Below, one piece after another: positions 52,066-64,000 of a DNA stretch of 64,000 bases. This DNA comes from the human T2T-CHM13v2.0 reference genome, Homo sapiens: assembly GCF_009914755.1 (NCBI RefSeq), contig NC_060932.1. The stretch is one strand, 5' to 3'. Under the pieces are notes generated by a model. It searched no databases and had not been told where the DNA came from. It saw only the letters and a program-made list of their open reading frames with translations. Both the position numbers and the translations under genes were made by a program. The first letter of the stretch is position 1, and the number at the start of each line of letters is the position of its first letter.

Positions 52066-54567
52066 TCACAAACTTGCTGCTAAAATAACCGGAAAGAGAC
52101 CAGTGACTACAGATGACAAGGAATGCAATTTTTGCCAAAATAGTTTAGAAAGGTCATTAAACAAATGGACTATTGCAGCCCTCGACAAGAACCAACAGCA
52201 AATGATGGAGAGGGCAAAAATTTGATTTCCATACTTACCACGTGATAACATTCAAAATGTCCAGTTTTCAGCAATTACAAGACATAAAAAGAAACAGAAA
52301 AGTATGACTCGTGCGCAGGAAAAAAATCAAAAAGAAATGGACAGAAACCACTCCTGAGGAAGTCGAGACATTGGACTTATTAGACAAAGACTTTAAATCA
52401 ACTGTCTTAAACATGCTCAAAGAACTAAAGGCAAATAACCACAGGAAACAGAGAATGATATGTGAACAAATAGATGATATTAATAAAGATAGAAATTATT
52501 AAAGGTAACCAAATAAAAAATGTTGTGCTAAAAAGCACAATAACTGAAATAAAAAATCTATAGAGAGGTTTAACAGCGGATTTGAGCAGACAGAAGATTC
52601 AATAAACTTAAAGATACAACAATTAAAATTATCCAGTCTGAGGAGCAGAAAGAAAAAAGAGTAAGAAAAGTGAACAGAGCCTGAAGTACCTGTGGGAAAC
52701 CATCAAGTACACCAACATGCACATAATAAGAGTCCAAGGGGAGAAGAGAGAGGAAAACAGACAAAACGAATGTTTGAGGAAATAATGGCTCAAACCTTCC
52801 CAAATTTGATGAAAGATGTGAATCTATACAACCAAGGAGCTCAACAAGTTTCAGGTAAGATAAAGTCAAAAAGAAGCACACTGACACAAATTATAATTAA
52901 ACTCTCTAGAGACTAAGTCAAAGAATCTTGAAAGCAGCAAGAGAAGAGTGATTCATTGCATAAAAGGGATGCTCAATAAGATTAACAGCCAATTTCTCAT
53001 CAGAAACTATGAAGGCCAGAAGTCTGTATATGACAAATTTACAGTGCTGAAAGAAAGGAAAAACAAACCTGTCAAGCAGGAATTCTATCTCAGACAAAAC
53101 TATTCTTCAAAAATGAAAGACAAATTGAGATTTCCAGATATAACCTGAAGAGGTTTATTATAGGAGAATTGTCTTACAAACAACATTTAAGAGACTCATT
53201 CAGGAAGAAATGAAATGACACTAGACACTTATGTGAATTCATATTAAAAAAAAAAACTAGTAAAGGTAACTACGTAGGTAAATATAAGGCCAATATTATT
53301 GGATTCTTTGTTTTTAACTTCTCTTTTAGTTTTCTATATGTAAAGATATAATGTATGACCACAAAAATACAAAGAGGGAGTGTATGGAGTTGTACAGAAG
53401 CAGTGTTTACTGCTACTGAAAATAAGTTAGTATCAATGCAAACTAGATTGCTGTAAATTTAGAATATTAACTGTAATTCCAAGAGTAACCATTAAAAAAA
53501 AAAAAACGTAAAATATACAGAACAAGGAATGAGGAGAGAATCAAAATGGTATACTACCAAAAGAATCAATCAAACACTAAATAAGGCCATAATGGAGCAA
53601 TTGAGGAACATAAAAGATATGACATACAGAAAACAAATAGCAAAATGGCAGAATTAAATGATTCCTTTTCTGTAATCATTTTAAATATAAATAGTTTAGA
53701 CTCTGCAATTTAAAGACATTGATGGAATGGACAATAAATATGATCCACCTCTAAGCTGTCACTGTAGATCCAAAGACATAAAGAAGTTGAAAGTAAAAGG
53801 ATGGGAAAAAGTCTTTTTCCATGCAAATAGTACTATTTCTTTTTACTATGAAAATAGTAACCAAAATGAAGTTTGAATGGCTGTGCTAATATCAGACAAA
53901 GTAGACTTTTAGTCAAATATTGTTACAAAAGATAAAGAAGAACATTATATATGGATAATTATAAACTTACATACATCAAACAGCAGAACCCCAAAATATA
54001 TGAAGCAAACATTAGCAGAATTGCTGGGAGAAGCAAACAGTTTTAAAGTAATAGTTGGAGACTTCAATACCTCACTTTCAATAAATGGATAAAACATTGA
54101 ACCAGAAGGTCAATAAGGAAACAGAAAACTTGAACAATATTATAAAACAACTAGACCTAACAGACTGCTATAGAGCACCACACACCAAGAGCAGAATAAA
54201 CATTCTTTTCAAATGCACATGAAACATTCCCCTGAACAGCCCATATGTTAGGCCACAAAACAAGTCTCAATAAGTTTTAAAAGACTAAAATCATACAAAG
54301 CATGTTCTCCAGCCACAATGGAATAATAAGAGAAGGAAGAACTGGAAAAATCAAAAAAGGAAAGAAATTAAACAACACACTCCTAATCAACAAGTCAAAG
54401 AAGAATTCACAGGGAAATTAAGAATATACTTAGAGATGAGTGAAAATAAAACACAAAATCCTAAACTTACGGGATGCCGCAAAAGCAGTGCTCAGAGGGA
54501 AGTTCATTGCTATAAACACCTACATCAAAAAGAAGAAAGATCTTGGATCAACAACCTAACTTTATTC

Positions 54568-55033
54568 TGTAAAAGGAGAATAAATCTTGGGGCCCTCAAA
54601 TCACTAAGCTAAAGGGAAAACTTAAGCTAGGAACAACTAGGGCAAACCAGCCTCCCATTGTATTGAATGTCATCCCTGTGCTCACCAAGATAAATGCATA
54701 TCTGACTGCCTCCTTTAAAAAGGCTAATCAGAAAGCTAAAAAAATACGACATGTCTCTTATCTACCTGTGACCTAGAAGCTCCCTCCCCACTTTGAGCTG
54801 TCCCGCCTTTGCTTCAAGTTGTCCCGCCTTTCCAGACCAAACCAAAGTTCAACTTACATATATTGATTGCTGTCTCATATCTCCCTAAAATGTGTAAAAC
54901 CAAGCTGCACTTGGACCACCTACGGCACATGTTATCAAGACTTTTGAGGCTGTGTCACGGGTACACATCCTTAACTTTGGCAAAATAAGTTTCCTAAATT
55001 AACTGAGACCTTTCTCAGATATTTGGGGGTCAT
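54568..55033 (+). mobile_element. MER4A1-like ERV1 solo LTR
   Basis: tgtaaaaggagaataaatcttggggccctcaaatcactaagctaaagggaaaa...taactgagacctttctcagatatttggggg. Confidence 0.85.
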
Positions 55034-55140
55034 GATATCTTCAGAAACTAGAGGGAAAAAGAGTAAATTAAATGTGGAGCCAACAGAAAGAAGGAAATGA
55101 CAAAGATTAGAGACACAGTAAATGGAATAAGTACAGAAAA

Positions 55141-59050
<3,910 letters not shown>

Positions 59051-61052
59051 AGAAAAACAACACAAAGAATCAATGAAACCAAAAGTTGGTTCCTAAAGAT
59101 CAACAAAATTGACAAATTTTAATGAGACTAATTTAAAAAAAAAGAAAGAAGACACAGATAATTAAAATCAGAAATGAAAATGGGGACATTACTACAAATA
59201 TTACAGAAATAAAAAGAATTATAAGAGAATACTGTGAACAATGCTACACCAACAAATTGGATAACCTTGATAAAAGAGCCATATTCCTAGAAACACACAA
59301 ATTGCCAAAAGTGACTCAAGAAGAAACAGAAGATCTCAGCAAACCAATAACAAGTAAAGATATTGAGTCAGTCAAAAACCCTTCTGACAAAGAAAACTGC
59401 AGGACCAGATGGCTTCTTGTGAATTCTACCAAATCTTTCAAGAAGAATTGAAATTAATTCATCTCAAACTCTTCCAGAAAATAGAAGGGAGAACACTTCC
59501 TAGCTGACTCTATGGTATGAATATTAACCTTACATCAAAGGCAGGCAAACAGACCACATGAAAAGAAAACTGAGACCTATACCCCTTATGAATATAGATG
59601 CAACAATCCACAACAAAATATGAGCAAACTAAATCCAGCAGCGTATTAAAAGGATTATGCAATATGACTAAGTGAGATTTATCCCCAGAAAGCAAACATG
59701 GTTCAGCATACTAAAATAAAGCAATGTAATACCACCACATTAATAGAATGAAGGGGTTTAAAAAAACACACATGACCATCTCAAATGACACAGAAGAGGC
59801 ATTTGACAAAGTCAACAGCCTTTCATAGGAAAAGCACTCAGAAAACTGGAAATATAGAAGATCTTTCTCACCATGATAAAGGGCATTTATGAAAACTAAC
59901 AGTTAACATTCTACTCCAAAAAAATTAATTCCATTTACTTTATACAGTATCAAAAATAAAATAAAATACCTAGGAATGAATTTAACCAAGGAGGTGCAAG
60001 GCTTATACACTGAAAACTATAAAACACTGATAAAAGAAATTTTAAAAGACCTAAGTAAATGGAAAGACATTTTGTGTTTATGAATTGAGATAATAAATAT
60101 TATTAGATTGACAATACTCTTCCACAAAACAATCCCCTACAGAGTTAATGCAATCCTCACCAAAATCCTAATAGTTCATTTTGCAGAAATGGAAAAGCTG
60201 ATCTTTAAATTTATGTAAGTGTGTAAGAAACCCTAAGTAGCCAAAAGAACCTTGAAAAAATAACGCAGTTGAAGTTTTCACACTTCACATTTTCAAAACT
60301 TACTATAAATCTACAGTAATCAAGACAATGTGGTACTAGTATAGACATAGATATATAGAGCAATGGAGTAGAATTGACAGCCCAGAAACCATACTCTATG
60401 GTCAGTTGATTTTCAATAAAAGTGCCAACACCATTCAATGGAGAAAAAATAGACTTTTCCAACAAATGGTACTAGGACAACTGGATATATCCACATGCAA
60501 AAGAATGAAGTTGGACCCTTATGTCACATGATACATACAAAGTGACTCAAAAAGTACCAAAGATCTAAATATAAAGTAAAACCATAAAACTCTTAGAAGA
60601 AAGCATTAGGCAAATCATGACCTTGAATTTATCAACGGTTTTTTTAGACATGACATCAAAAGCACAAGAAACAAAAGTAAAAACAGATAAATTGGACTTC
60701 ACTAAAATTAAAAACTGTTTTGCTCCAAAGGACACTTTCAAGAAAGTGAAAAGACAACCCACAGAATGAAAGAAAATATTTGCAAATCACATGTCTGATA
60801 AGGACCTAGTATAGAATATATAAAGAACTCTCACAAAAACAAAATAACAAACAATCCAATTTAAAAATGGCAAATACTTGAATAGTCATTTCTCTGGAAA
60901 AGTTATAAAAATGGCCAATAAGTACGTGAATTGAAAGCAGGTATTCAAGCAAATACTTGTACACAAATGTTCATAGCAGCACTATTCACAATAGCCAAAT
61001 GCAGAAACAACCCAAATGTCCATCAATTGATAAATGGAGAAAGAAAATGTGG

Positions 61053-61138
61053 AACACCAACATGGCACATGTATACATATGTAACAAACCTGCACGTTGT
61101 GCACATGTACCCTAGAACTTAAAGTATAATAATAAAAA
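61053..61138 (+). mobile_element. Minimal (~85 bp) L1PA 3' insertion with 13-bp TSD
   Basis: acaccaacatggcacatgtatac...cttaaagtataataataaaa flanked by aaagaaaatgtgg (61040-61052, 61139-61151). Confidence 0.92.
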
Positions 61139-63064
61139 AAAGAAAATGTGGTACACCCATACAATAAAATGGTGGTCATAAAAAGGAATTAAGTATGACA
61201 CATACATCAATATGGATAAACCTTGAAAACATTATGCTAGGTGAAATAAACCAGACACAAAGGCCACATATGATATTGTTCCAATTATATCATATGGCTA
61301 TATATAAGTATCCAGAGCTGGCAAATCCATAGAGACAGATAAAAGATTAGTGGTTGCCAGAGGCTGGGGGAAATGGCAGTGGAGCGTGACTGTTTAATGG
61401 GCATTGGGTTTCCTTTTGGGGCAATGAAAATGTTTTGGAACTGGATAATGGTGACTGTTGCAAAACATTGTGAATGTACTAAATGTCACTGATTGTAAAT
61501 TTTATACTATATGTATTTTAATTGCACCCTAACAACCCACCCCCCGCCCCCAATAAAATAAGAGACAGCTTCAGGATATAGGCCTAGGAAAAGAGTTCCT
61601 AGATGTGACACCAATAGCTTAATTTATAAAAGGAAAAAGTCATAAATTGGACTTCATCCCAATGTAAAACATTTGCCCTGTGAAAGACCCTTTTAAGAGG
61701 ATGAAAAGACATGCAAACCATATACCTGACAAAGGACTAGTATCTAGAATATACAGAGAACTCTTAAAACTCAAATTGTTTTTAAAAATCCAATTAGAAA
61801 ATCAGTAAAAGACATGAAGACATCTCCTGGAGAGGCTATACAGATGGCAAATAAGCACATGAAAAATGTTCACCACCACTAGCCATTAAGGAAATGCAAA
61901 TTAAAACCATGATGAGATACCACTTACCCACCTATTATTAAAGTGGCTAAATTCAAAAACAGTGACAATACGAAACGCTGATGAGGATGTGGAGAAACCG
62001 GGTCACTCACACATTGCTGATGGGAATGTAAAATGGTGCAGCTACTCTGGGAGCCAGTTTGGAAGTTTCTTTAAAAAACTAAACAGGCAACAACCATTTG
62101 ATCCAGCTATCAATTGCACTCTCCTAGACAATTATCCCTGAGAAATGAAAACTTATGTTCATACAAAAGTCTTTGCATGAATGTTTATAGCAGTTTTATT
62201 CAAAATAGCTCCAAACTGGAAACATTCCAGATATCTTTCAATGAGTAAACAGTTAAAGAAACAAAACTATTGATACAGGCAACAACCTTTATGAATCTAC
62301 AGAGGATGATGCTGAGTTTAAAAAAAAAAAGCCAGTCCCGAAAGGCGACTTATTATATGACTCCATGAAATGCAAAATAAAAGGAATGGAGAACAGATTA
62401 AAGATTACCACAGGTTAAGGAAGGAGAATGGAAGGAGGTGGGTGTGGCTACCTAAGGAGGGATCCTTCAATGGTGGAAATGTTCTTGACTATATCAACAT
62501 CAATCTCCTGGTTTTAATATTGTACTAGAATTTTACAAGGTGTTATCCTTGGGGAAAACTGGGTAAATTGTACACATAATCTCTCTGTATTCTTACAATT
62601 GCACATGAATCCACAATTGCTTGGGAAAGAAGTTTAATTAAAAAAAAAAAAATCCTTCAGCAGCCTGGGCCATTGAATTCTGACCTCCTTGGTTGCTTTC
62701 TAGCTTTCTCCACCTGAGTCCTCTTGCACCACTTCTCATGCCCATAAAAACCACAGGATTATTAAAAGTCACCTAATTCAGACGTTTTTCAAACTTTGCA
62801 CAGTTAAGTCCTAAGGATTTTCAAAGGTGCTTGAGGTTCAGGCAGCATAGGGGGCTGGGGAAGAAGGTGCACTGTTATATTCTGTTAATACAGAGCAAGT
62901 CCACTCTTGTCTGTGATAAATACTGGGATTCCACTCAGTCAGGCTTTACTGCACTATAACCTTTGAAAGTTGCTCATTCCATAAAATCTGATATTTATTT
63001 TGATTTTAGAACGTCTTTGACATGTTGCTATCCCTGATTTTCCTGATCCCAACCAAGTAATTGT

Positions 63065-63255
63065 GAAAGTTAAATTCAAATCCTGTCACCTTGGGTAAGT
63101 CACATCAGCTTGCTAAGACCCATTTCCTAATGTCTAAAAAGAACATCAGAATCATATGCTCACAATACAGCTGCTCTGAGCTTTAAGTGAGATAAGGTAT
63201 ATAAAGCATTTCACACACTGCCTCCCACAAAGTAGGACTCACTGTGTACTAGCTA
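63065..63255 (+). mobile_element. MIR
   Basis: ttcaaatcctgtcaccttgggtaagtcac...taagtgagataaggtatataaagcattt. Confidence 0.8.
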
Positions 63256-63687
63256 ATTTCAGAAATACTACCTCTCAGCACCACTTTATTCTACACAACT
63301 CTAGTAGAAATTTCCTTCTTTACATAGGGCCAAAAATCTATTACCTGACAATACTGACGAGTTCAACCTTCCCTAATTTCTTTCGTCCCCTTTTGTATGA
63401 CCCAGTTTTAAATGCTGCTCTCGCATCACTCAGTGTTCTCTGGTTTCCAGCGTTTCTCACAAATCACGATGCCCAAGCCTGAGCACAGTGCTCCCAATGT
63501 TACCATGCCAGTCTACAGGATGCCAGTTCCCTCTCCTTCTGCATCCGCATGCTCTACTGCACTCGTGTAACTCACATGGCACTGTCATTGACAGCCACGC
63601 GCCACTTGCTGATTCATGGCAGGAATGCTCTTCTTGAAAGTCCCTGAGCCTGTTTCCCACATCTCACTGTCAAGACACATCAGCCCA

Positions 63688-63962
63688 CGTCTATAATCCT
63701 AGCACTTTGGGATGCCAATGGGGGGTCGATTACCTGAGGGCAGGAGCTCAAGACCAGCCTGGCCAAGATGGTGAAACCCCATCTCTACTGAAAATACAAA
63801 AAAACTAGCCAGGAGTGTTGGCAGGCAACTGTAATCCCAGCTACTCGGGAGGCTGAGGCAGGAGAATCGCTTGAACCCAGGAGATGGAGGTTGCAAGTGA
63901 GCCGAGATCGCGCCATTGCACTCCAGTCTGGGCAACAAGAGCAAAACTTTGTCTCAAAAAAA
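63688..63962 (+). mobile_element. 5'-truncated AluSq/Sp-like with 16-bp TSD
   Basis: TSD aagacacatcagccca at 63672-63687 and 63963-63978. Confidence 0.95.
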
Positions 63963-64000
63963 AAGACACATCAGCCCAGTTATTTAAGTTGCTGGGAATT

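Overview
Primate (most likely human or great-ape) nuclear DNA, intergenic or intronic in character and dominated by interspersed repeats. These include Alu (J, S, Y and a FAM monomer), a full-length L1PA8-like element on the minus strand, a 5'-inverted L1MA, a nested L1 stack at 50.5-62.6 kb, ERVL/MaLR/ERV1 solo LTRs, hAT and Tigger DNA transposons, MIR/L2 and several microsatellites. I see no intact host protein-coding gene, RNA gene or CRISPR array; almost all listed ORFs are repeat-derived or chance. The main non-repeat signals are (i) a CpG-rich promoter/enhancer-like island at about 32.5-33.7 kb with a neighbouring AP-1/ARE cluster, and (ii) several splice-flanked, protein-like but disabled plus-strand segments (3.5, 20.1, 22.1, 22.7 kb) that may be exons of a decayed coiled-coil gene. 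The second is the best, but unproven, candidate for something undescribed. Repeat subfamily names come from my recall of consensus sequences, not a database search, and boundaries are approximate unless a TSD is quoted.
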